In this document: piece after piece, positions 16,311-29,822 of the stretch
Position numbering within the stretch: position 1 is the first letter of the stretch
Layout: every line of letters starts with the position of its first letter
Assembly (NCBI GenBank): GCA_951406725.2
Contig: OX597822.1
Span: forward strand, 50,468,001 to 50,532,000
DNA length: 64,000 nt
DNA from: Octopus vulgaris
Taxonomy: Eukaryota
Reading direction: 5' to 3'
The notes under the pieces: model-generated
Told to the model about the DNA's origin: nothing
What the model saw: the letters and a program-made list of their open reading frames with translations, nothing else
Database searches by the model: none
Position numbers and translations under genes: made by a program

Positions 16311-17100
16311 CGCTTATAAAAATTTCCAAATAAATAATTTTCTTTGTTTCCAAAATCACTAAGGGAATTTTCAGCCCTACTAGAACCTTCAACAATTGAA
16401 TTATCATTATGTGAAAAGCTATTCCTCCACTATTATTATAACTTATATTGGGAAAATCATTAACATTGGTCCTCATGGAATTAGTCTCGCTAATATTAAT
16501 CATGACGATAAAAATATATCTGCAATATATCTGCAGGTCTTTCGCGTGTTCTCTCTGAGGAGTAGTGGGTTAATTGTATTTTTACCAATATTCGGCCTCA
16601 ATATTTTGGTGGCAGAGTGCGCTTTGCTCTAGCGTTTTATGAGAGAGAGTTTCGTCTCGCTTTCTTTGACGTTTCAGTGAATACGTGCTCTATTCTAAAA
16701 CCCATATCCCGGTCGATATAGGTATTTCGCTCTGATATTCAGCACAAAGTCTTTTGAATCTGGGACTCGCTCTATCTGTAATGACTCCATTCCAATTGTA
16801 CAGTATGCAACCGTACAATGTCTCGCGTTACAATGTCACATCGGCTGGATGTGTGACGCCGATTATGCATCCCATCTTTCTTAATATATGTTTGACTTAT
16901 CTTAATTCATATTCCTTTACTGTAATTCCTTCTGTAATTATAGTTGTCTCTTCGAAGGATACTGTCGGTTTGAGGTGATTTGTACGTGTTTTGTTGGGAG
17001 GATCACACTTTGGTCTCCAATTTATTTCGGTGCTGCTGTTGTTCAAGTTGTTGCTATTACCGTTGATCTTAATATATGACAACAACTAGAGTTACCGAGT

Positions 17101-17394
17101 TAATAATAATAATAATAATAATTATAATAATAATAATAATAATGATGATGATGATAATAATAATGATGGCTTCAACTTTTGCCACAAAGGCGGCCATTTT
17201 GATGGAGATAATGTGTCGATTACATCGACCCCAGTGTTCAAATAGTACTTAATTTATCGACTCCGAAAGGATGAATGTCAATGTCGGCCGCAGTGAAATT
17301 TGAACTCAGAACGTAGTAGCAGACGAAATGCCGCTAAGCTTTTCGCCCGGCGTGGTAACGATTCCGCGAGCTTAATAATAATAATAATAATATG

Positions 17395-17486
<92 letters not shown>

Positions 17487-17505
17487 TATAATAATAATAA
17501 TAATG

Positions 17506-17545
<40 letters not shown>

Positions 17546-17572
17546 TAATAATAATAATAATAATAATAATCA
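17101..17572. repeat. (AAT)n microsatellite split by a SINE
   Basis: AAT arrays at 17101-17165 and 17373-17572. Confidence 0.9.
17166..17372 (-). mobile_element. tRNA-derived SINE (family of 61347-61577)
   Basis: Reverse complement contains cgttctgagttcaaattt and ttcggagtcgataaattaagtac..actggggtcgat. Confidence 0.8.
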
Positions 17573-17599
17573 TTACTCAAAATTATTGTAATGCAATCA

Positions 17600-18000
17600 G
17601 TATTTCTCCTTTCTTCAATTTATTTCCATTTCTTGTCGAGTGTCTTTCCGACACGAGGGCAAAGACATTCACTGTTTACATTGATAGGTCATTAAAATAA
17701 TCCAGTCAGGTTGTTCATTTGTAAAATCAAATAGAATTAAGCAGAGAAAGGCTATTTGCATGGACAGTAATCGCTCTAATGGCAACAGTTCTCTTCTCTG
17801 CACGTACCTGCGTATCTTGCAGTCGTACGTGTACTCATACAGAGTAGCGTACACATTTTATTTTCTTGATCTTTTACTATAATATCTGGCTCATTAGCTT
17901 CGTTGATTCTGTTTATATGCATTTGAAAGTACCAAAGATCGTTACCTTTTCTTCCTTAGTTACAGCATAAGGATAATGATTATACACTTGTAAATAGATT
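17600..18000 (-). mobile_element. R4/Dong LINE 3' remnant
   Basis: Minus translation LWYFQMHINRINEANEPDIIVKDQENKMC matches the REL domain at 58460-58550. The 3'UTR matches 58900-58985. Confidence 0.8.
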
Positions 18001-18509
18001 CGATTTTATTTTGCCGACATAGGGACCAGTGAGAATATTGACCAAATCCGTCATGATTTGATTCATACTCTACTAGCATTAAAACTTTACATCCAGAGAT
18101 GAAATGGTCCACTGTTTCAATCGCACCATCGCAGAATCGCTACTTCGGCACTGAGAAGATATGGATTTTTTTACACCTTTTACCATAAAAGAGAACTTTT
18201 ATTGCACAGTAAATGCTGCGAATCTGAATTTAGAAGTTAAAATTTGTCACTGCCATTTTCAACTAACCTAAGTAACATATGATGTTTTTGGTGAAGAACG
18301 TTGATGAAACGGTGGCATGTACATATTTGCTATAGAGCAAATTTTGTCAATTTTAAATGAAAGGCTAAGAACTGGGGTGTACAATTGACTCATTCTACAG
18401 TATTCAGCAACAACAGTTCTTCATTTATAGAAATATCTATCTATCTGTCTATCTATCTATCGATCTATCTATCTATCAATCTATCTATCTATCTATCTAT
18501 CTATATGTA

Positions 18510-18544
<35 letters not shown>

Positions 18545-18577
18545 ATATATATATATACATATACATACATATAAATA

Positions 18578-18713
<136 letters not shown>

Positions 18714-18736
18714 TACACACACACATACACACACAC

Positions 18737-18772
<36 letters not shown>

Positions 18773-20139
18773 TATCAAAACGAATTAAAAGCAGAGCTAG
18801 TGTTGTGAACATTTTCGACTGCAATTACTCATTTACTCATTGTATATGTTTGGTACGTTCGCTTGTTCGCTGCGGAAGAGCGCCTTTGGGACAACTCCCT
18901 CGTTACCCTGGATATTAAAACACCTGATAGATAGATATGCGAAATATATCTGAGATTGCAGTGATAATAGTATTGATAATGTTCTTTACACTTTAGAGAA
19001 TTACTGAAGCAGGACATACTAATTTACCTGAAGTATTTCATAAGGATATCGTTCAGAATTATAAAAAAAAACGATTGAGTCCCCTAAAAGGACTCTCGAG
19101 TAGCGTCAACATGCGTTAGACTCTTTAGTGTAGTTAATCTCTAGGTAAAATTATTTTCCAATCCAATAAATTTCAGTGTATACATATTTACTAAGAGAAT
19201 CATTGAAGCTATACGGCGGGAGAGTTATAGAATGCACTTGACGAATAGTCTAAGTTGTCTTCTCATCGAGTGTGCACATGAAAAATAGAATATAATGCAC
19301 TCGTATTTTCTCATCATACATTTAGTTACAATGACCAATGCAGTATGTATGTAGATATGTTATCTATTATTTTGATATTTCTAACAATATCATACCTGTG
19401 AATTTATGTGCTGATAATTGTATAGAGCCAAACTTATAGTTTTATTGCCTCATTTTCTAGACATAGTTTATTCTTGAAAACAAATTCCTGCCAATTGCCA
19501 AGCCAAGAGATAATGGAAGAGATTGTGAAATATGTTTGCGTTGTAACATAATGATGTATGAAACTTTTTTGTTACAAAATTAAAATTGTCGGTCTAAATT
19601 GTAGATGATTACAAACGCAAACTTCAAAATATATTCATCATAGCAAAACTGACGTTTCTTGACTTCTCTCCATTAATTTACAGATCAATACGTGAATTTT
19701 TAGATACGTTGTATTTGCTTCGTTTTCTATTTCCGTATCTTCAGAAGATTTGAAACCTTTAATTCCAAATTAATGTTTCTGTGTTTTAATATAATAAACA
19801 TCCAAAATAGATTGGTTGTCTTGGTGATTGTTCTATGCAATGTGTATCTCTCACTGTCTGTATTGTGATAAATTGTATAGAAATTAGTTTTCTATTTAAA
19901 AGCAAATTTGTAGGGATTAATGTTATAAAACACATACACGCGCCCAAAGACACACACACCCCCACTCTGACTACAACGCACGTAGTAAAAAAAAACTTAC
20001 AGTCATACGATTAGGACAATAATATTTGTCATTAGGGTTGGGATACTAGAGAGTTCGGTTTTGTAAACCTGTCACAAAGTGCGCATCATATTAAATGGTG
20101 ATGGCTCTCTTTTAGCAGACAGTGTGGCAGAATTTGTTT

Positions 20140-20940
20140 CGTTATCTAAAACACCCAGGGGTGTAGATTCAGCCATCAGAAACGGATGACAACTGCTCGG
20201 CTGGGGATTGTTTCACGGACCACATGCATACAGAATGAAATAACAGACATAAGCGACAGGTGCAGTGAAGTAGACAAAAAAGCCACCAACATCAAGCTGT
20301 TCCTCAGGAACATAGCGCACAATGCCTATCCACCATCCACAGCTAAACGACTGCATCTGTGAAGCACACAATTGGGTAGACAATACACAGAAACATAACA
20401 TCATATCAGAAAAATGCTTCCTTATACTATCTTACTTCAACGAGAGAAGACCTGCAGCGATCCAACATGCGATTCGCGGAAAGAACTTAATATAGATCTG
20501 CTACACACGGGTCAAACTCCAAGGAAAGTTCTGTCGAGAAAAAATTCTACAGAGAGAATCGACATCAAAACATGCTCAAGGGCGTATGTAGTATACGAGG
20601 TAGTCTGCAATAAAGGAACATATGCAGACAGACACTGCTATAAAGAAACACATCAAGAAATGCCAACACCGTATATTCAAAGTTTCCATCAAGGTACCCC
20701 AATGCAACAGCGGCAGAATAGTAGAAGACCTCCTTATAAACAAATTGAAACCAATCATTAACAACAAGAAGGAACTACACGAAGCAGGCTGCTTGCTACA
20801 ATAATAGCAGTCCACGCATGTCATCTTCCCCTCTCCCCTGTCACTCCCTACTACACACCTTTGAGCAGCAAACGTTTTTGAACCACCACTTTCTTGAACG
20901 TCCTCAAGAAGGAGTCTTCACACCGAAATATAGAAACTTA
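20140..20940 (+). mobile_element. Penelope-like element 3' fragment
   Basis: CSRAYVVYEVVC (pre-GIY-YIG) and RIVEDLLINKLKPIIN (PLE C-terminus), followed by a decayed hammerhead-like ctcaagaagg..ccgaaa at ~20902-20930. Confidence 0.6.
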
Positions 20941-21620
20941 CACCGGCATCTCTTCAGCTATCGAGGCAATGAAAATATGCTTGGAAAATGAACGTTAAAG
21001 AAAGGGAAATCACTATGTAAATGACCGTTATTAAGACAAAAGAGCTATTAGAATGACCGTTAAAAAAGGGAAAAAAACCGAAGGGGAGGAAGTAAAAAGT
21101 AAAGGAGTAAACAAGCTCATGGCATGCGCGCATGTATACACATTCATATGCACGCACGCACACCCTTGTACATGTGCCTATATGCATATGAGCACTCAGA
21201 CTCGCAAGAAACACACACATACGCATCCACACATACGTCAAATAGATGTACATATATATGCAACTATGCGTGTACACGTATACAAATCCACATACGCACG
21301 CGCACAGATATATTCAAATGCACGTCCAAAATACATACATGATATATATGCATATGCTCACAATCGCATATACACCCACGTACATATGCAACCATACACA
21401 TGTGCATATAAACTTTTTTGAATACTTCCACCACAGATGCCACTACTACAAGTATATTAGAATACTACCCACGATATATTATTAACAGTCGCTACCAAGG
21501 AATTTATTTAGAGCGATTCTTACCACTATTAATAAAATCACAACCAGTCACTTTTAAGTCACTTGACCATTAGTTCCCACGAACAGCCTCTACTTTCGGG
21601 TCACACCACTTCCATATTTT

Positions 21621-21623
21621 TCT

Positions 21624-21655
<32 letters not shown>

Positions 21656-21792
21656 TTCTTCTTCTTCTTCTTCTTCTTCTTCTTCTTCTTCTTCTTCTTC
21701 TTCTTCTTCTTCTTCTTCTTCTTCTTCTTCTTCTTCTTCTTCTTCAATTCTTCTTCTTCTTCTTCTTCTTCTTCTTCTTCTTCTTCTTCTTC
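21621..21792. repeat. (TTC)n microsatellite
   Basis: Direct reading. Confidence 0.95.
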
Positions 21793-22031
21793 TTTTCGTC
21801 TTCTTTTTAAACCAAACTTTAAAACCAAATATTTTCCTGTACGCATAAACCCTATTTCAGATCTCCTACTACCTACCGAGCCTTCACAAGAGAGAGAGAG
21901 AGAGAGAGAGAGAAGAAAGGTAAATATCTAACCTATTTGAAGACTGTGGAGATAATACAAAACATTTCGTTTAATTTTTTCTTCAATTTAATTGTTTTCC
22001 TCTTAATGTCCACCTTAATTAATATCCACCT

Positions 22032-22070
22032 CTTAGTTGAAAAGTCGAAAAGACTGAAACCGGTACTAAG
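22032..22070 (+). ncRNA. Degenerate minimal type I hammerhead ribozyme
   Basis: CTTAG TTGAAAA GTC-gaaaa-GAC T GAAA CCGG TA CTAAG. Stem I is CTTAG/CTAAG and loop III is palindromic CCGG, but the CUGANGA core is mutated. Confidence 0.55.
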
Positions 22071-22329
22071 CGTAACAAAATGTATTTCATGATAAACTTA
22101 ATTTTGCAGTGTTAACTTCCTTATGCGTATCAAATCGTCTGTTACTTTTCAACCTTCTACACACACAGCCACACACACACACAAACACACAGATGCATGC
22201 GCGCGCAGACAGACACACACACACACACACACACACACACATTCACATACACATATATACAACGGACTTACCCGTCGTCAGACAACGTATGAGGATCCGG
22301 CGATTTCTTGCCAAACAAACACATTATTT

Positions 22330-22548
22330 TTTTTATAGTGATCAAATGCTTGTGTACAGATAAGGCCATTTCCTCCATTAAATCGGCAGTACCTGTCAAA
22401 GCGCAGCCTGTGCCACATGTCAGATGACGAAGTGACCATAGAGTAACTTGAAACGGTGTGTTTTGCTCAAGAACACAACGCAACGCTTGGTCTGGGAATC
22501 GAACCCGTGATCTCGCAAACGTGAGTGCAACACCTTAACCACTAAGCC
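22330..22548 (-). mobile_element. tRNA-headed SINE
   Basis: Minus strand tggcttagtggttaaggtgttgcactcacg..gggttcgattccc (A and B boxes). Related to 46200-46520. Confidence 0.7.
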
Positions 22549-23054
22549 AAAGTGAAAAATGTATAGTAAATGCACAAACGAGTCAGTACTATCACCCTTT
22601 TACAGCAATCATTCTCAAATCCTGAAAACGAGCACCGCGGCTCCTTTTTCAGCGTTCCATTGCAAATGGTAAGCTCCCAAGAAAATTTAGGTAGCGAATT
22701 ATATGCCCAAACCATAAAGGAGAGAGCAGAGCGGATGCTAAAATTTATAGGGCCTATCTCACTGGCCTGAAAGAAAATCATGGAATGAGTTTGACGAGAG
22801 TATAATTCATCAAAAATATATTCTCAGAGACCAAGAATGACATGTTACTGTCTAGTGTTCCAGCGGACACTACTCTGGCAGAGAATACCGTTCAATATAT
22901 TACAATATTTTATGATGATAGCTGCACACATGAATATCAAGGAAAGTTCTAATATAATGTTTACTACTAGGGCCTGTATCAATTCAACTCACAACAAAAA
23001 GTGGAATTAAACACAACTGAGTGGCAAGCTATCCCATGCCACCGATATCAATAT

Positions 23055-23115
<61 letters not shown>

Positions 23116-23387
23116 TGAGAAATAAAAATATATGCATACATACAAACATATATGTACGTACCTACATCTACATGTATATATACATGCATATATAAATAAT
23201 TATACGTGAGTACAGGATATCACAATAAGACGTAGAAACGGAAAAAACAAAAAAAACAAAAAACAAGAAAACGAAAAACGAAAAACATGTATGCATATAT
23301 TTTTATTTATCACCTTATTGTCTGACAGCGCCCCGCATCAGGTTCGTTCCGATTCGTCGTTTCGTTCCACTTTTTGGTTCCTTTTTT

Positions 23388-23429
<42 letters not shown>

Positions 23430-23441
<12 letters not shown>

Positions 23442-23799
23442 GTAAAAAGTGAAAAAGCTACAGAAGGCTTGTTTTAAAAGGTTAAAAAATATATATTTGA
23501 GTTAATATGTCTGAAGAATATTATAAATTTTTTTCTTACAATGACATAGTTTAGAAGAAAGACCGGTTTCGCATTTAGCTTTTCAAATTTCTTACGTCGT
23601 TATGTTTAAGAAATTTAAAAAGCTAAACGCGAAACCGGTCTTTCTTCTAAAGTATGTCATTGTAAGAAAAAATTTATAATATTCTTCAGACATATTAACT
23701 CAAATATATTTTTTAACCTTTAAAACAAGCCTTCTGTAGTTTTTTCACTTTTTACTATTTTCTATATATTCAACCACGTGCTTTCACAAACCAACTTTC

Positions 23800-23892
<93 letters not shown>

Positions 23893-24053
23893 CCAATTAA
23901 GGACTGAACACGAAAAGTGGACAGTCAACATGCTAGATATAGACGTCAAATCGCCATTCACCACAAAAGATATAATCTTTTGTGGTGAATGGCGATTTGA
24001 CGTCTATATCTAGCATGTTGACTGTCCACTTTTCGTGTTCAGTCCTTAATTGG

Positions 24054-24144
<91 letters not shown>

Positions 24145-24355
24145 GAAAGTTGGTTTGTGAAAGCACGTGGTTGAATATATAGAAAATAGTAAAAAGTGAA
24201 AAAACTACAGAAGGCTTGTTTTAAAAGGTTAAAAAATATATATTTGAGTTAATATGTCTGAAGAATATTATAAATTTTTTCTTACAATGACATACTTTAG
24301 AAGAAAGACCGGTTTCGCGTTTAGCTTTTTAAATTTCTTAAACATAACGACGTAA
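23430..24355. repeat. Nested inverted repeats: 23435-23594 vs 23607-23765, and ~380-bp arms 23592-23971 vs 23975-24355
   Basis: Direct reading. The centre is caaaagat-ATA-atcttttg, and the arms mirror even the (TCTA)n/(TAGA)n tracts. Confidence 0.9.
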
Positions 24356-24734
24356 TGTTATATATAATCTTTTGTGGTGAATGGCGATTTGACGTCTATA
24401 TCTAGCATGTTGACTGTCCACTTTTCGTGTTCAGTCCTTAATTGGTATATATAAATATTTTAATCTTCGGATTCTTTTTTAATATGCTAGACCACTGGTC
24501 TTAATTGATAAATATCAATTTCTACCCTTAATTAATTTTATATAAATAAATATGTTCTCTAACCGATAAATTAACTGCTGCTAATTATTAGCTGCAGGCT
24601 AGTTTTCTCGGGTTTCAACGCACCAAAGTAAAGGCATTTGAAAGATATATTCAAATGTAATAGGCTGAACTCCATGCACGCGATATTTCGGTATCGTGTT
24701 TGCATCTAGTCCAGCAAATTACATTTATAACGGA

Positions 24735-24799
24735 CCATGCTGATGATGGCTGCAGTTTTCCTTGCGGAAAATAACAGCTGAAACTAAGTTAGTACATGG
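24735..24799 (+). ncRNA. Type I hammerhead ribozyme, copy 1
   Basis: CCATG CTGATGA T GGCTG-cagTTTTCCttgcGGAAAAtaa-CAGCT GAAA CTAagtTAG TA CATGG. All three stems and the core are present; predicted GUA cleavage after 24794. Confidence 0.85.
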
Positions 24800-25241
24800 A
24801 TAATTATTTTATTTCGTATATTTTTCACTTGTTTATTGCTATGGTTTTGTGTTGAGTTTGATCTGAGAACATAATCTTTTGTGGTGAATGGCGATTTGAC
24901 GTCTATATCTAGCATGTTGACTGTCCACTTTTCGTGTTCAGTCCTTAATTGGTATATATAAATATTTTAATCTTCGGATTCTTTTTTAATATGCTAGACC
25001 ACTGGTCTTAATTGATAAATATCAATTTCTACCCTTAATTAATTTTATATAAATAAATATGTTCTCTAACCGATAAATTAACTGCTGCTAATTATTAGCT
25101 GCAGGCTAGTTTTCTCGGGTTTCAACGCACCAAAGTAAAGGCATTTGAAAGATATATTCAAATGTAATAGGCTGAACTCCATGCACGCGATATTTCGGTA
25201 TCGTGTTTGCATCTAGTCCAGCAAATTACATTTATAACGGA

Positions 25242-25306
25242 CCATGCTGATGATGGCTGCAGTTTTCCTTGCGGAAAATAACAGCTGAAACTAAGTTAGT
25301 ACATGG
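25242..25306 (+). ncRNA. Type I hammerhead ribozyme, copy 2
   Basis: Identical motif 507 bp downstream; predicted cleavage after 25301. Confidence 0.85.
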
Positions 25307-25544
25307 GTAATTATTTTATTTCGTATATTTTTCACTTGTTTATTGCTATGGTTTTGTGTTGAGTTTGATCTGAGAACATAATCTTTTGTGGTGAATGGCG
25401 ATTTGACGTCTATATCTAGCATGTTGACTGTCCACTTTTCGTGTTCAGTCCTTAATTGGTATATATAAATATTTTAATCTTCGGATTCTTTTTTAATATG
25501 CTAGACCACTGGTCTTAATTGATAAATATCAATTTCCACCCTTA

Positions 25545-25641
<97 letters not shown>

Positions 25642-25679
25642 GTGTGTGTGTGTGTCAATGTATGCATATATATATTTAT

Positions 25680-26820
25680 TAGTGCTAAACATATTTGACC
25701 AGTTGTGACATTTGACGTTATATGATCATTTGGTGTATCAGAGTTCTTCCATCTGAGACCAATGATATCTAGAGATGTCATATGTCTCTTTCCTGCTAAG
25801 CATGTAAAAAGTTATTCTCTTCTCTTCTTGTTTCTTTGTTTGCATTCCTCTATCTTCTTTTAGTCACTTTGATGTTCCATTTTCTATACAGTCTGCAAAA
25901 TTCAGCTTTATGCAGTATCGAATGACTTTTAATCCCGTGTTTTCAACGCTTTCGAAGTTGCTTTGGTTTTTAGCATATTTTGCATTTATCTTAGGCAAAA
26001 GTTCATATGATCGTGTTTTAAATTGCCGAAACCGGTCCACTTCACTTTTATGTCGAACGTCTTTGCTCCAGATATCTGAACAACATTTACTTGATGCTTT
26101 ATATTTTGGCGCATCTTTTGTCTGATGTTCAATCTCATTTTTTTTCACTGTTAGCAAAATTTCTTTTCATTGTTTTTGAAACCTCAGTTCTAGCTATACT
26201 AGTTTATACTTGTTGGTATCTATTTTACTTGCCTGATAGTAGCTTAATTAACTATTCGTATCACATTTTAGCAAGCTGTTGTGAATCTATCGTCATACTT
26301 TAACTCGTCCATTGTTTTTCAATTAATGTGTATTTCATTGCATATATCCTTACAAGATCTCTTTTCATCTATTCAACTCTCAAGGCATGTTACTCTCAAG
26401 TTTCAATTTCCACTATGGGAATTTTTTTCTTTTTGCTCGACAATTTAAGCCCAACAATTTCTAGAGCAATAGATACTGGATATTGTATGAGGCTATAACC
26501 ATGTGTTATCTTCTCAAAATTTGATTTTCGTCGTGGTAACTTTCATAGTCTTTATTACTTTACGCATATTTTCACTTCCGATTCCTCCCAAAGGTGATAA
26601 TTTCATTCTAGCCCTAATCCACATATTATTTAAACGTTGAAACAAGAATCTTTTCTTCTTTGATAATATATTTCCCTCTATGAAGTGAAACTTGTTTTCG
26701 CATTCCCTATTATTATCTCTTTCTGAAGATTTATTGATCTTTCTATAATTACGTGTTCAATTTCCTTTTCTGTATGTAGTCATCTCCCTCATATTTCTTC
26801 CTGATCCACTTGGAAGCAAT
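25680..26820 (-). mobile_element. Old R4/Dong-like LINE N-terminal remnant
   Basis: Minus translation CCSDIWSKDVRHKSEVD resembles the pre-RT FWxxIW..H...W block. The 5' side is flanked by a (GAT)n tract at 26829-26933. Confidence 0.5.
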
Positions 26821-26873
26821 TGCCATATCATCATCATTATCATCATCCTCATCCTCATCAACACCATCGTTCC

Positions 26874-26934
<61 letters not shown>

Positions 26935-27236
26935 GTTATTTGTTTAATTAAATCTACTTGTTAGTAGAATCGATAGCACGCGAGCAAAATTCTTAACGGC
27001 ATTTCGTTCAATTTCTAGGTCCCAATATTTGTTTAATTTGTCAAATTCTTTGGGCATATTATTTTATCAGTAACAACACTTGCATCTATTATTCTACAAG
27101 TGTTTTCTTACGTGTCTTTAATAACTATGTCTGGTCCGTTCTGTCAATGTTGACTAGAAAATCCATAAGGATAGTGACACTTTTAGCCTCAACTACTGGT
27201 TAAGGACGCTGTTCGTACCAGTAAACAGGAGTGCTG

Positions 27237-27296
<60 letters not shown>

Positions 27297-27299
27297 CAT

Positions 27300-27851
27300 T
27301 GTCGAATGAGGGGGCAGTGCATGTCATCAAAGTGACTCCGGGGTAAAATATATGAAGCCCAATATATCCATCATGATTACACGTCTGATGAGAGTACACC
27401 AGGCACTTGTATCACACCATATGTGGGCTACGTAGTGATTTCATGCTAAGATATGCAGAGCATGACCTTGTAGGTGGGGTCCAGTTAGAATTTTCTTCAC
27501 TTTGTATAGTCCATCCCATTCAAAAGGTCTCTCAATGAGGATTGATTAACGATGATGTACAAAATACCCATGTTGCCAAAGGTGAATAATTCAAACCCCA
27601 GAGAATTCCTCTCAACACATGACTGTGATGCTCCCCTACTGCTTCTGCACGTGATGAGTGATAGACGTATCATCAGACGATAAGGGACATGCTCAACTGG
27701 ATAAGGGGAATCAACTGACACGCAGATCTGTGGTATTGTTGTATACCATTGCTTATACCAAGCCAAAACAATGTACATGATATGTGATAACACTTCCAAT
27801 CAGTTAAAATCAGAAACTATGAGAACCACTGCCTGGTACCGCATCAGGGTA
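27300..27851. repeat. Interspersed repeat embedded in an (ATT)n array
   Basis: Complex ~550-bp block flanked by (ATT)n on both sides. It resembles a common Octopus repeat from memory; class not determined. Confidence 0.4.
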
Positions 27852-27899
<48 letters not shown>

Positions 27900-27961
27900 G
27901 CGGTTGTTGTAGTTGTTGTTGGTGGTGGTGGTGGTATTATTATCATTATCATTGTTATTAT

Positions 27962-28034
<73 letters not shown>

Positions 28035-28036
<2 letters not shown>

Positions 28037-28295
28037 TCCTACGGAATACAGTGTAGGCAAAAATACACCGGAGTCTTTAGTCATCTGTCAAGACACGAGA
28101 ACCTTAGACAGATAATACTTTCCTTAAGATGTGCACTGTGTCCAATAAGGCTGCTTTTTGCAAGGCATCAATCTTACACGAGATTTCCAGTTGCCTTAAG
28201 AAGTTTTGAATTTTCAATGGAATTGAGCCCAACGCTCCGATCGCCACTAGTATCACATTTACATTACCCTCTCGCATTTAAAACAGTTTTGCATA
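28035..28295 (-). mobile_element. R4/Dong LINE extreme 3' end with (AAT)n flank
   Basis: Minus translation VILVAIGALGSIP..LQKAALLDTVHILRKVLSV* is homologous to IIVGALG..QKIALLGTAHILRRTL. Confidence 0.8.
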
Positions 28296-28564
28296 AGAGC
28301 CAATGAAGATACACACACATTTTATCGTGGCGGCGCCTATATTATTTTTGTGCAAGACTCTCACATACACATGCCAATTGGGTCACATTTTCCACACGCT
28401 TTCCACAGAGTCTGCATTTCTGGGTGTCAGAAATTTCATAGACGGTATACTTCACTGACTTGGTAGCGAGTGTTTGTTCTAATAAGCGTTGTTGAAAACA
28501 TTATTTTAAAAACACTGGTGCATAACTTCATAGTAGAAATCGTCACGGTAAAAAAATCTGCTAA

Positions 28565-29822
28565 TACGCGATGGTAACAAAGCGTTCTATGGATAGTTCT
28601 GTAACACTCGAACAGATGGTAGCGCATGATTTCTTGAGCAGTGAGAATTAGCAGTGTGACGTAGGACATCGCTTTGTTTACTTCGCAGGATATGAAATTT
28701 GTGTTTTTGTGATCAAGTATATACTGCAGTCTGCGATTTTGTCATCTAGAGGTAGTTGGAACAAAGAGCCAACGTGAAATTTTGCATTAAACTTGAGAAG
28801 TCAGCTACAGAGTCATTGAGAATGCTCCGCTTGCTTAGGGTGAAGAGGCAATGAGCCGTATACATTTCGAGTGTCATGGACACTTCAAAAGCGGAAGTCG
28901 GTTAGCAATCTGGAAGACATGCGTCAGTCCCGGAAATGTGGAAAAAATTCACCAGCTTGTGCCTGAGGATCGTCGGACGACAATCAACACGACATTGCTG
29001 ATGTTATTGATCTGTCATATGGATCTGTGCAGCTAATCCTAACGTCTGAATTGAACATGCAGAGTAATTCTACCAAGTTTGTCTCGCGCCTGCTGACCAC
29101 TAAGCAGAAAGAACATCGCATCGTAATCTGTCAAGATTTCCGTCAGGGTGCCGCTGATAGCCCATCTTTCATGTCTGGCAACAACACCGGTGACAAGAGT
29201 TGGGTCTACGGCTCTCAATGAATGATCAGTCGTCCCAATGGAATTGGCCTTCATCACCACGACCGAAGAAGGCTCGACAAGACCGCAGCACAATCAAGAG
29301 CATGCTCATCAACTTTTATGACAATCGAGGTATTGTGCCTCGAGAATTCGTCCCCCAGGGTCAGTCCGTCAATGGAGTTCTACTCCGATATTATGAAGTG
29401 TCTGAGCGAGGACATTCTGCAAAAGCCACCGGATCTGTAGAGCGTGAAGCATTGGATTCTTAACGACCTCAATGCACCCTGTCACCGAGCTCTCCTAACT
29501 CGTGAGTTTCTCGCCGAAAACAACATGCTATCGCTTACGCACCTGCCCAATTCGTAAGATTTAGCACTTGCAGACTTCCATATGTTCCCCCAAGGTAAAC
29601 ATGCAGTTGTTTTGACACCGTTGTTTTGACGCCGTTGTCCAGATCCAGAACAAATCGCCGAAGCTCCTCAATTCGCTTACAGAAAACAACTTCCACACCG
29701 TATTACAAAGTGGCAGGAACGCGAGGTGCTTACCTTGAAGGAAGTCATGTTAAAATTGAAGTAAAAAAAAGTTATATTTATGAAACATAACTAGTCCAGG
29801 AACATTTTGATTCCACAACGTA
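28565..29822 (+). mobile_element. Decayed mariner transposon (irritans-like)
   Basis: KFVSRLLT, TGDKSWVYG and SSPRPKKARQDRSTIKSMLINFYDNRGIVPREFVPQGQSVN motifs. Degenerate TIRs near 28565 and 29791-29822. Confidence 0.85.

Larger units (their letters stand above)
24364..25557 (+). repeat. Tandem array of 507-bp hammerhead-containing units (~2.35 copies), retrozyme-like or Penelope pLTR-like
   Basis: ataatcttttgtggtgaatggcg starts at 24364, 24871 and 25378, giving a period of 507. Units are near-identical and contain no ORF in the track. Confidence 0.9.

Noticed and set aside
22606-22668. Good-looking acceptor and donor pair (ttttacag|..|gtaagc)
   Set aside because: No recognisable protein and no partner exons; cannot be supported without RNA data.
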